From assembly GCF_020742345.1 (NCBI RefSeq), contig NZ_DYXC01000098.1, positions 4,007 through 68,006 on the forward strand: 64,000 nucleotides of DNA. Reading direction: 5' to 3'. A model generated the notes under the pieces. It saw only the letters and a list, made by a program, of their open reading frames with translations. It did no database searches and was not told where the DNA came from. Source of the stretch: Enteractinococcus helveticum (GTDB lineage Bacteria > Actinomycetota > Actinomycetes > Actinomycetales > Micrococcaceae). Shown piece by piece: positions 56,226 to 64,000 of this stretch. The translations under genes and the position numbers were made by a program. Position 1 is the first letter of the stretch; every line of letters starts with the position of its first letter.

Positions 56226-56567
56226 ATGCGCGAATTGACCTTAGCTACGTTAGGCATAACGGTCCAAGAGCATGACACGGTGGTCGTAGATTTCTGGGCA
56301 CCCTGGTGTACCACCTGTGTACGGTTCCGTCCTATTTTCGCCGACGTCGCAGCCCAGGTAGACGACGTGCAGTTTGCCACCGTCAATACGGATGAACAGC
56401 AAGACCTGGCTGCCATCATGGGCATCCGATCGCTGCCTACGGTCGTAGTATTTCGCAATGGCAAACATGTCTTTGCCAAATCGGGGGTGACCACCCGCCG
56501 ACAGCTAGCAGAGATCATCGAACAGCTCAAAACGATCCAGCCAGAAAACACGTCGAACCCGGCATAA
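56226..56567 (+). CDS. Thioredoxin-family protein
   Basis: VVDFWAPWCTTC, IRSLPT; GGAGGAG RBS. Confidence 0.88.
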   Translation: MRELTLATLGITVQEHDTVVVDFWAPWCTTCVRFRPIFADVAAQVDDVQFATVNTDEQQDLAAIMGIRSLPTVVVFRNGKHVFAKSGVTTRRQLAEIIEQLKTIQPENTSNPA

Positions 56568-56659
56568 GAGTTATCCACAATTTGGCCGACACGACCTACG
56601 GGGTGTTGTAGCTGCTGTCAGAGTCGTGATCATCCATACCATTTCTAGGCAAGGAGATC

Positions 56660-57166
56660 ATGATGATCACTACGGCAGACACTACGTTACGTATTCGTGA
56701 ATTCACTCGACGTGAGAAAACGTGCATTCGCCAAGACGTTAAACGTTTCGAGAAAATTGGGCGAGACCATCACTGCAACAGTCTAGAAGACTATGTGGAC
56801 TTTGTCCGTGAACGTATCAGATTCACGGATGAGGGAGGAATCACCACTAAATCCTTGTTGTTGATTAGGGGGCTGATCGCCTATTTTGGAGATCGACTCA
56901 TCAGGCAGACCACCATGGAAAGAGTTGCGACCACGCTGCAGCATACACCTGGTTCGCTGGTACGTGACCCACAGACCTTCCAAACTGTTTTTATCGCAAA
57001 CTTAATCTTCGACCATCTGATCGCTGATGATCTGTGGGCTCCATCCCTGGACGAAATCATGGATGAGCTAATTGACTGGAATGACGGATATTTGGATACT
57101 GAAGATGTTCAGACGGATTATGCCTGGGATCCAAATACCGGCCTGAGGGAGTATCTAGTAGCCTGA
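56660..57166 (+). CDS. Hypothetical protein
   Basis: 168-aa ORF with AAGGAG RBS; no recognised motif. Confidence 0.65.
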   Translation: MMITTADTTLRIREFTRREKTCIRQDVKRFEKIGRDHHCNSLEDYVDFVRERIRFTDEGGITTKSLLLIRGLIAYFGDRLIRQTTMERVATTLQHTPGSLVRDPQTFQTVFIANLIFDHLIADDLWAPSLDEIMDELIDWNDGYLDTEDVQTDYAWDPNTGLREYLVA

Positions 57167-57325
57167 TATTTCGGTCAAGCGTGATCCGGTTTTGGAAACC
57201 AGCGTTGACTATGACGCAAAGCGTCGTCGAAGCCGGGAATTGAGACCTGACGTATGCCAAGGTTAAAACGTAGCTTCCCATTCACTTAGCTCATCCTGTG
57301 CACATCGAAAGCGAGGCGCAGCTAG

Positions 57326-59407
57326 ATGCCAGAACACGACCACGACCATCACGTCCATATGACCCAAGAACATGTTGAACATGCAAATGATGACAGCCAC
57401 ACAGGGCATGGGCATCATGTCCACGGTGATCATGGAGACCATGTAGGGCAATTCCGTCGGCTGTTTTGGATCAACCTGGTTATTGGCATTCCAGTGGTCT
57501 TGTTCTCGCCGATGTTTGGACACTTGCTGGGATATGACGTCCCCGAGGGGGCGCTGTGGATCGCGCCGTTAGTTGGCACGGTCATGTATGTCTGGGGTGG
57601 CTGGCCGTTTTTGAGCGGTGCAGTGAATGAGATCAAGGCCCAAGCGCCCGGGATGATGTTGCTGATTTCATTGGGTATCACGGTGGCATTTCTCGCCTCC
57701 TGGGCGGCGACCCTCGGGCTGGTCGCTGCTGATCTTGAATTTTGGTGGGAACTGGCGCTTCTGATCGTGATCATGCTGCTGGGGCACTGGATCGAAATGC
57801 GCTCGCTCGAGCAGACCACCTCGGCACTTGACTCGCTGGCGGCACTGTTACCGGATGAAGCAGAACGACTCGACGGCGACGACATTGTCATCGTGAAACC
57901 AGACGAGTTGCGTGTCGACGACGTCGTACTGGTCCGACCCGGCGCTAGCGTACCGGCCGACGGTGAGATCCTTGATGGACGGGCTGCTATGGACGAGTCG
58001 ATGATTACCGGTGAATCACGTCCAGTCGGACGGGGCATCGGATCCTTTGTCACGGCAGGAACCGTGGCCACAGACTCTGGAATCAAAGTCCGAGTGACCG
58101 CTTCGGGAGACGACACGGCGTTGGCCGGAATCAACCGGCTGGTTGCCGAAGCGCAAAGCTCATCATCACGAGCACAACGCCTTGCAGATCGCGCAGCAGC
58201 ATTATTATTCTGGTTCGCCCTCGCTGCCGCCGTAATCACGGCAATTATCTGGTTGGTCGTCGGTGGCCCTGAAACATCCGTCGCCAGAGTCATTACCGTC
58301 TTAGTTATTGCTTGTCCACATGCATTAGGTTTGGCCATCCCTCTTGTCGTCTCGATTGCCACGGAACGTGCTGCCCGAGGTGGGGTGTTGATTAAGGATC
58401 GCTTGGCATTAGAAGCGATGCGCGAGGTCGATGCAGTCCTCTTTGATAAGACTGGAACACTAACCAAGGGCAGCCCGGCTGTCACCGATGTCGAGCCTGT
58501 CAGCGAGTACACCCAAGATGAAGTTTTGGCGCTTGCAGCAGCGGCTGAGACGCCCAGTGAACACCCACTAGCGAAAGCCATCGTTGGCGCAGCACAACAG
58601 CGCGGTCTCGATATTCCCCGTCCTGCCGAATTTTCATCGTCTCCAGCAGTCGGGGTGTCCGCGATGGTCAATGCTCAGCGCATCCAAGTGGGCGGACCGT
58701 ACATGCTGGCTGAAGCTGATCGTCAGGAAATTCCTGTTGCCCAACAATGGAAGACCGAAGGCGCCATTATCTTGCATGTGCTGCGAGACGGTGAAGTGAT
58801 CGGCGGGCTGAAGCTTGCCGATGAGATCCGATCTGAATCATATGAGGCAGTCCAAGTCCTCCATAGATTAGGCGTCGAAGTCGTGATGATCACCGGGGAC
58901 GCCGAAGCCGTTGCTCAAAACGTTGGACAACAACTGGGCATAGACCGCATCTTTGCAGGAGTACGCCCCGAAGATAAATCTGCCAAAGTCGCCCAACTGC
59001 AAGACGAAGGTAAGCAAGTCGCGATGGTTGGAGACGGAGTGAACGATGCCCCCGCATTAGCGCAGGCTGATGTCGGCATTGCCATTGGTGCCGGAACCGA
59101 TGTTGCCATAGCTTCCGCCGGGGTGATTCTGGCAAGCTCAGATCCGCGATCAGTGCTGTCGGTAATCGAATTATCTCGTGCCACGTACCGCAAGATGAAA
59201 CAGAACCTGTGGTGGGCTGCCGGTTACAACCTGCTGGCTGTTCCACTGGCCGCCGGTGCCTTAGCACCCATCGGAGTCGTGCTACCAATGTCGGTTGGAG
59301 CGATTCTGATGTCGTTGTCGACTGTAGTCGTTGCACTAAATGCACAGCTGCTACGGCGCATCGATCTATCGCCGGAAAACAGTGCAGCGTCGGTATCTGT
59401 ATCTTGA
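57326..59407 (+). CDS. copB: Copper-translocating P1B-type ATPase (CPH, CopB-like)
   Basis: His-rich N-terminus, TGES, CPH, DKTGT, SEHP, GDGVNDAP, YN and MSLS. Confidence 0.9.
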   Translation: MPEHDHDHHVHMTQEHVEHANDDSHTGHGHHVHGDHGDHVGQFRRLFWINLVIGIPVVLFSPMFGHLLGYDVPEGALWIAPLVGTVMYVWGGWPFLSGAVNEIKAQAPGMMLLISLGITVAFLASWAATLGLVAADLEFWWELALLIVIMLLGHWIEMRSLEQTTSALDSLAALLPDEAERLDGDDIVIVKPDELRVDDVVLVRPGASVPADGEILDGRAAMDESMITGESRPVGRGIGSFVTAGTVATDSGIKVRVTASGDDTALAGINRLVAEAQSSSSRAQRLADRAAALLFWFALAAAVITAIIWLVVGGPETSVARVITVLVIACPHALGLAIPLVVSIATERAARGGVLIKDRLALEAMREVDAVLFDKTGTLTKGSPAVTDVEPVSEYTQDEVLALAAAAETPSEHPLAKAIVGAAQQRGLDIPRPAEFSSSPAVGVSAMVNAQRIQVGGPYMLAEADRQEIPVAQQWKTEGAIILHVLRDGEVIGGLKLADEIRSESYEAVQVLHRLGVEVVMITGDAEAVAQNVGQQLGIDRIFAGVRPEDKSAKVAQLQDEGKQVAMVGDGVNDAPALAQADVGIAIGAGTDVAIASAGVILASSDPRSVLSVIELSRATYRKMKQNLWWAAGYNLLAVPLAAGALAPIGVVLPMSVGAILMSLSTVVVALNAQLLRRIDLSPENSAASVSVS

Positions 59408-59457
59408 TTTCTGTTCGCGATACTTCTACGGAGCATCTGCTACTCGAATCAACGCGC

Positions 59458-60402
59458 TCACCCCTGCTGGTCTTTGGACAACGATCGAATAGCAGGACTC
59501 TGCTTGGCGAGGTCTTGCACGGTAGACAGAATCAGTTCCTGCATGGCCCGAACCGCACGACTCAGTGTGACCTCACGGCGATGCGCCAATGAAATGGTGC
59601 GAGTGAGCGCAGGTTCAGTCAGACGGCATGACAACAGGTTCGGCCGATCAAGCAGCACAGTCGCAGGCACGACCGCGACCCCGAGGCCGCGCTCAACAAA
59701 GCGAAGCACGGCGTCCATCTCTGCCCCCTCCAAGACAACATTCGGTTCCAATTTTTGCTGCCGATACGCGTCCATAGTCGTAGCACGCAGATCATAGCTG
59801 TCGGAGAACAGGATTTGTGGCAGATCGGCCAATTGTCGAAGCGTCAGCTGGTTTCGATACCTGCCAAAATGCTGTCCATCGGAAGCAATCACCACCAGTT
59901 CTTCTTCGAGTAACGGGATATGATCCAGGCTCTCCGCAGACGAGGGATCATGCTCAGAGGCGACCACGATAGCTAGATCAAGTGTGCCACTGTTCAACTC
60001 GTTCAGCAGGTGATGGGAACCAGATTCCCGGAGATGAAGATCCACGCCTGGGTAATCACGGTGATAAGGCCCAACAGTCTCAGCCACCACAGACACACAC
60101 ATGCTTGGTGGGGCTCCAAGCCGTACGCGGCCACGTTGCAAACCGGCGAGTTCTTGCATTTGGAAGCGGATCTGCTCCGCATCTGCCAGCATGCGGGAAG
60201 CTACCGGCAACAGTGTCTCGCCGGCAGCCGTCAATGTGATGTTTCCCCGAGCGCGATAAAACAGCTCGGAACCTAACTCGGATTCCAATGTTGAGATTTG
60301 TCGACTCAGGGTGGGTTGAGCAATGTGTAATTGCGCAGCTGCCCTGGTGAAATGCCCAGTTTCAGCTACTGTGAGAAAACTTTGCAGTTGTTCAAGATTC
60401 AT
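59458..60402 (-). CDS. LysR-family transcriptional regulator
   Basis: FTRAAAQLHIAQPTLSRQISTLESELG. Confidence 0.95.
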   Translation of the reverse strand: MNLEQLQSFLTVAETGHFTRAAAQLHIAQPTLSRQISTLESELGSELFYRARGNITLTAAGETLLPVASRMLADAEQIRFQMQELAGLQRGRVRLGAPPSMCVSVVAETVGPYHRDYPGVDLHLRESGSHHLLNELNSGTLDLAIVVASEHDPSSAESLDHIPLLEEELVVIASDGQHFGRYRNQLTLRQLADLPQILFSDSYDLRATTMDAYRQQKLEPNVVLEGAEMDAVLRFVERGLGVAVVPATVLLDRPNLLSCRLTEPALTRTISLAHRREVTLSRAVRAMQELILSTVQDLAKQSPAIRSLSKDQQG

Positions 60403-60479
60403 ATCAATAGCATATCTGCATTGAATTGACTCAGATAATTCATTGGACTAATCATGCTTGCGGTTCTTAGCGTGGAGCC

Positions 60480-62219
60480 ATGATGAAAACCAGAACCAAA
60501 GAACAACAGGTTTCTACCAGCGTCTTAGTGATCGGCACCGGTGGCTCAGGCTTACGAGCTGCCATAGAATTGGCAGAACAAGGCGTCGACGTGATCGCAG
60601 TCGGGAAGCGTCCACGAAATGATGCGCACACTGCGCTCGCAGCCGGTGGCATCAACGCAGCTCTGGGCACCATGGACGCCGAAGACAGCTGGCAACAACA
60701 CGCCGCCGACACCATCAAAGAAAGCTACTACCTAGCTGACCCGAGAACCGTGGAGACCGTAGCCAAAGGAGCTGCAGAAGGCATCGGCGACCTTGAACGC
60801 TATGGCATGGGCTTTGCCCGAGAAGAAGACGGCCGCATCTCCCAACGATTCTTCGGAGCACATACCTTCCGTCGTACGGCATTCGCTGGAGATTACACTG
60901 GTCTAGAAATCCAACGCAGCCTAGTTCGACGAAGCGAACAACATGAAATCCCGATCCTCGATACCGTCTACATCACCGACATTCTGACCAACGACAATCG
61001 AGTCTTCGGAGCCTACGGCTTCGACATCAATAACGGCACCCGATATCTGATTCACGCTGACGCGGTAATCCTAGCGGCCGGGGGACACAACCGCATTTGG
61101 CGACGCACCTCCTCTCGACGCGACGAAAATACTGGTGACTCATTCCGTCTTGCCGTCGAAGCCGGTGCTCGCCTCCGGGACCCTGAGCTTGTCCAGTTCC
61201 ACCCCTCAGGTATTTTGGAACCCGAAAACGCTGCCGGAACCCTCGTATCAGAGGCCGCCCGCGGCGAGGGTGGAATCCTCCGCAATGCGCTCGGAGAACG
61301 CTTCATGGAACGCTACGACCCCGAGCGTATGGAGCTTTCCACTCGAGACCGGGTAGCGCTTGCCGCATATACCGAAATCCAGCAAGGCCGGGGCACCGAA
61401 AATGGGGGAGTCTGGCTCGACGTTTCCCACCTGCCACGCGAGGTTATCCTGGAACGACTGCCGCGGGTTTATCAAACACTGATGGAAACCCAGATGCTTG
61501 ATATCACTCGCGAACCAATCGAAATCGCGCCGACGGCACACTACTCGATGGGTGGCGTATGGGTGCGACCAGAAGACCACTCCACTGATGTTGATGGCCT
61601 CTATGCAATCGGTGAAGCATCTAGCGGTTTGCATGGTGCCAATCGGCTTGGCGGCAACTCACTGATCGAATTACTTGTCTTCGGCCGTATCGTCGGACAG
61701 GCCGCAGCGCAATACTCTGCCAATCTACTGGCCCAGACGCGTTCCGCAGATGCCGTTGCCAAGGCGCGCGGCGAAGTCGATCGACTACTCACGGCTGACG
61801 GTGAAGAGAACGTCCGAGCCTTGCAACGCGCCATCAGGGACATGATGACCGAATGCGCCGGCGTAGTGCGTTCCGAAGAAGGATTAAAGCAAGGTCTAGC
61901 TCGTCTGGATGAAATCGAAGCGCGGATGAAAAACGTTGGAATCCATCCAGACATCGCCGGATTCCAGGATCTGGCACACGCGTACGATCTGAAATCCTCC
62001 GCCCTCGCAGCCCGAGCAACGCTCGAAGCCGCGTTGGAACGTCGAGAGACTCGCGGCTGCCACAATCGCAGCGATTATCCGCAGATGGATCCAGACATGC
62101 AAGTCAACCTCGTCTGGTCACCAAAAACCGGTGTGACTCGAGAAGAAATCGCCCCGATCCCAGAGGAAATCAGCGAACTGATCCGGGACGTCAGCCAAGA
62201 AGGCAAACTCGTCGAATAA
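60480..62219 (+). CDS. Stand-alone SdhA/FrdA/NadB-family flavoprotein
   Basis: IGTGGSG, AHTALAAGG, QFHPSG, SEAARGEGG, STRD, HYSMGG, HGANRLGGNSL, RRETRGCH. Confidence 0.9.
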   Translation: MMKTRTKEQQVSTSVLVIGTGGSGLRAAIELAEQGVDVIAVGKRPRNDAHTALAAGGINAALGTMDAEDSWQQHAADTIKESYYLADPRTVETVAKGAAEGIGDLERYGMGFAREEDGRISQRFFGAHTFRRTAFAGDYTGLEIQRSLVRRSEQHEIPILDTVYITDILTNDNRVFGAYGFDINNGTRYLIHADAVILAAGGHNRIWRRTSSRRDENTGDSFRLAVEAGARLRDPELVQFHPSGILEPENAAGTLVSEAARGEGGILRNALGERFMERYDPERMELSTRDRVALAAYTEIQQGRGTENGGVWLDVSHLPREVILERLPRVYQTLMETQMLDITREPIEIAPTAHYSMGGVWVRPEDHSTDVDGLYAIGEASSGLHGANRLGGNSLIELLVFGRIVGQAAAQYSANLLAQTRSADAVAKARGEVDRLLTADGEENVRALQRAIRDMMTECAGVVRSEEGLKQGLARLDEIEARMKNVGIHPDIAGFQDLAHAYDLKSSALAARATLEAALERRETRGCHNRSDYPQMDPDMQVNLVWSPKTGVTREEIAPIPEEISELIRDVSQEGKLVE

Positions 62220-62384
62220 TGGATACAGTGTGGTCTCCTACGGCCAGTCGGAACGGGAGGCCACACCGTCAAGGCATCGGCCCGGAGACGATCTGGGGCG
62301 GTGCGAAACACTAAATATTCTGCCGAAAGTTCAAAAACCCACACAGCCAACTCTGGACCAATTCCACCAGGTAGAGTAGGGGCC

Positions 62385-63470
62385 GTGTCTTTATCAATAG
62401 GTTTTGTCGGACTGCCCAACGTCGGTAAGTCAACGTTATTTAATGCCATCACTCGCCAGACAGTGCTCGCTGCAAACTACCCGTTCGCAACCATCGAGCC
62501 AAACGTCGGGATCGTGAATCTTGCCGATGAGCGGTTGGACAAGCTCGCAGAAATCTTCGGCTCACAAAAGGTGCTGCCAGCAACCGTCTCATTTGTAGAC
62601 ATCGCCGGCATTGTTAAAGGCGCTTCCGAAGGTGAGGGCCTAGGCAACCAGTTCCTGGCTAATATTCGTGAATCCTCCGCCATTGCTCAGGTAGTCCGCG
62701 TATTTGAAGACACCGACGTCATTCACGTCGACGGTGAGATCGATCCCTCCTCCGATATCGAAACCATCAATACCGAGCTGATTCTGGCAGACATGCAGAC
62801 CCTGGAGCGCGCCATCCCGCGCGTTGAAAAAGAGGTCAAAGGTAAGAAGACCGATAAAGAAGTCTTGGACTCGATGCTTGCCGCCCAAGCAGTCCTGGAA
62901 CGTGGCGACACCATCTTCTCGTCGGTTGAATCCGACAAGCTGGAGATGGAGCATCTGCAGGAACTCAACCTATTGACAGCAAAACCATTTATCTATGTCT
63001 TCAACTCTGATGACAGCGTGCTGGCTGACGAAGCACGCAAACAAGAGCTGGCCGACATGGTGGCTCCAGCTCAAGCCGTATTCCTCGATGCGCAGTTTGA
63101 ATCCGAACTCGTGGAACTGTCCGAAGACGAAGCACGCGAAATGCTCGAGATGGCCGGCCGTGAAGAATCCGGCATGGACCAATTAGCCCGCGTGGGCTTC
63201 GAAACCCTCGGGCTGCAAACATACCTAACTGCCGGACCAAAAGAAGCACGTGCCTGGACTATCCACAAGGGCGACACCGCGCCAGAAGCCGCAGGGGTCA
63301 TACACACCGACTTCCAGCGCGGATTTATTCGGGCCGAAGTTGTGTCATTCGAAGACCTCGTCGCCGCAGGTTCTATGGCCGAAGCCAAAGCACAAGGAAA
63401 GGTCCGGCTGGAAGGTAAGGACTACCTGATGCAAGACGGCGACGTTGTGGAGTTTAGGTTTAATGTATGA
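62385..63470 (+). CDS. ychF: Redox-regulated ATPase YchF
   Basis: GLPNVGKST, NYPFATIEPN, DIAGIVKGAS.GEGLGN, GDVVEFRFNV; TAGAGT 7 nt before GTG 62385. Confidence 0.97.
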   Translation: MSLSIGFVGLPNVGKSTLFNAITRQTVLAANYPFATIEPNVGIVNLADERLDKLAEIFGSQKVLPATVSFVDIAGIVKGASEGEGLGNQFLANIRESSAIAQVVRVFEDTDVIHVDGEIDPSSDIETINTELILADMQTLERAIPRVEKEVKGKKTDKEVLDSMLAAQAVLERGDTIFSSVESDKLEMEHLQELNLLTAKPFIYVFNSDDSVLADEARKQELADMVAPAQAVFLDAQFESELVELSEDEAREMLEMAGREESGMDQLARVGFETLGLQTYLTAGPKEARAWTIHKGDTAPEAAGVIHTDFQRGFIRAEVVSFEDLVAAGSMAEAKAQGKVRLEGKDYLMQDGDVVEFRFNV

Positions 63471-63588
63471 CGCCCCTTCTGACCTGGGGTTTTATTCGCA
63501 GTAAACGCTACAAAACCGTGTAGCCGAGACTGGTTGTAGCAGGATCTGTAGCGCTCGTGCAGCGAGTGGTCGAGCGTGTCAGGGCAAG

Positions 63589-63620
63589 GAAAAGCCGCCG
63601 GGATCTACCATCCCGGCGGC
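63589..63620 (-). terminator. Intrinsic terminator of the last gene
   Basis: GCCGCCGGGAT-CTACC-ATCCCGGCGGC 11-bp stem, with TTTT following on the minus strand. Confidence 0.8.
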
Positions 63621-63639
63621 CTGACGTGGTGGTGCGTAG

Positions 63640-64000
63640 TCAGTCCTCGACCGTGATCACCAGCGGCTCGGACTCAAGGTTGACAGTGGAGTCTCCCCGG
63701 TACTCCCAGCTCCCGCCGAGCTCTGTGTCGACCTCGGCATCGACGGTGATCTCGAAGGACTCGATGTCGACCGGCACGGCGATCGGCATGTCGAGTCTGG
63801 CCGTACTGGTCTCATCCAGCGGAATGTCGACCTCTATTGGGTCTCCGGCATCGGGGGTGACCGTGACGCGGACATTCGCATTGGTCACATGCACCTCTCC
63901 GCTGCCTGACAGGTCGAGCGCGATGGACCCGGAAAGGTGCATCCAGGCAGTGTCAGGCTCAGCCCATCCCTCTTCCGGGTCCCATGCGCCAATCTGTGCG
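63640..64000 (-). CDS. Hypothetical acidic beta-rich protein, 5' end outside window
   Basis: Frame open to the window end (..AQIGAWDPEEGWAEPDTAWMHLSG..PLVITVED*); has its own terminator. Confidence 0.7.
   Translation of the reverse strand, partial: AQIGAWDPEEGWAEPDTAWMHLSGSIALDLSGSGEVHVTNANVRVTVTPDAGDPIEVDIPLDETSTARLDMPIAVPVDIESFEITVDAEVDTELGGSWEYRGDSTVNLESEPLVITVED

Larger units (their letters stand above)
63440..64000. mobile_element. Probable end of an integrative element/prophage inserted at the ychF 3' end
   Basis: TGTAGC repeat cluster 63507-63563 just after the stop; downstream gene has different codon usage; no integrase in window. Confidence 0.55.

Noticed and set aside
56616..56640. 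TGTCAG as a third RecA-NDp promoter
   Set aside because: No TAnnnT at the required 12-nt spacing.
57430..58671. 413-aa antisense ORF over copB (also 40294-41115 and 52661-53434)
   Set aside because: Shadow frames of well-supported genes in GC-rich DNA; Ser/Thr/Ala-rich with no motifs.

Overview
A 64 kb chromosomal window from an actinobacterium. Gene order and protein similarity suggest Micrococcaceae, possibly Yaniella/Enteractinococcus-like (inference). It is mostly core genome: glmM, mscL, coaA, acpS-nnr-alr-tsaE-tsaB-rimI-tsaD, an IdeR/DtxR-boxed iron ABC operon, CIRCE-controlled groES-groEL, a tandem glycine riboswitch ahead of gcvPTH, guaB-guaB3-guaA, xseAB, rmuC, a CopB-type ATPase and ychF. 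No rRNA, tRNA or CRISPR array was seen. Main observations: (1) GuaA has an intact synthetase domain but has lost every catalytic motif of its glutaminase domain and contains no Cys. (2) glmS is absent from its usual coaA-acpS slot, where rarD sits instead. Together, (1) and (2) hint at a shift from glutamine-dependent to free-ammonia-dependent amination. (3) A 1.3 kaa DUF4011-helicase-nuclease-like protein has degenerate catalytic motifs. (4) An apparent integrative-element junction lies at the ychF 3' end, with TGTAGC arm-type repeats and a codon-usage shift. (5) An LpqF-like gene is split by one in-frame TGA and an MFS gene by a 1-nt frameshift. (6) Several candidate regulatory elements are visible. 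All family calls come from motif recognition by eye; no searches were run.
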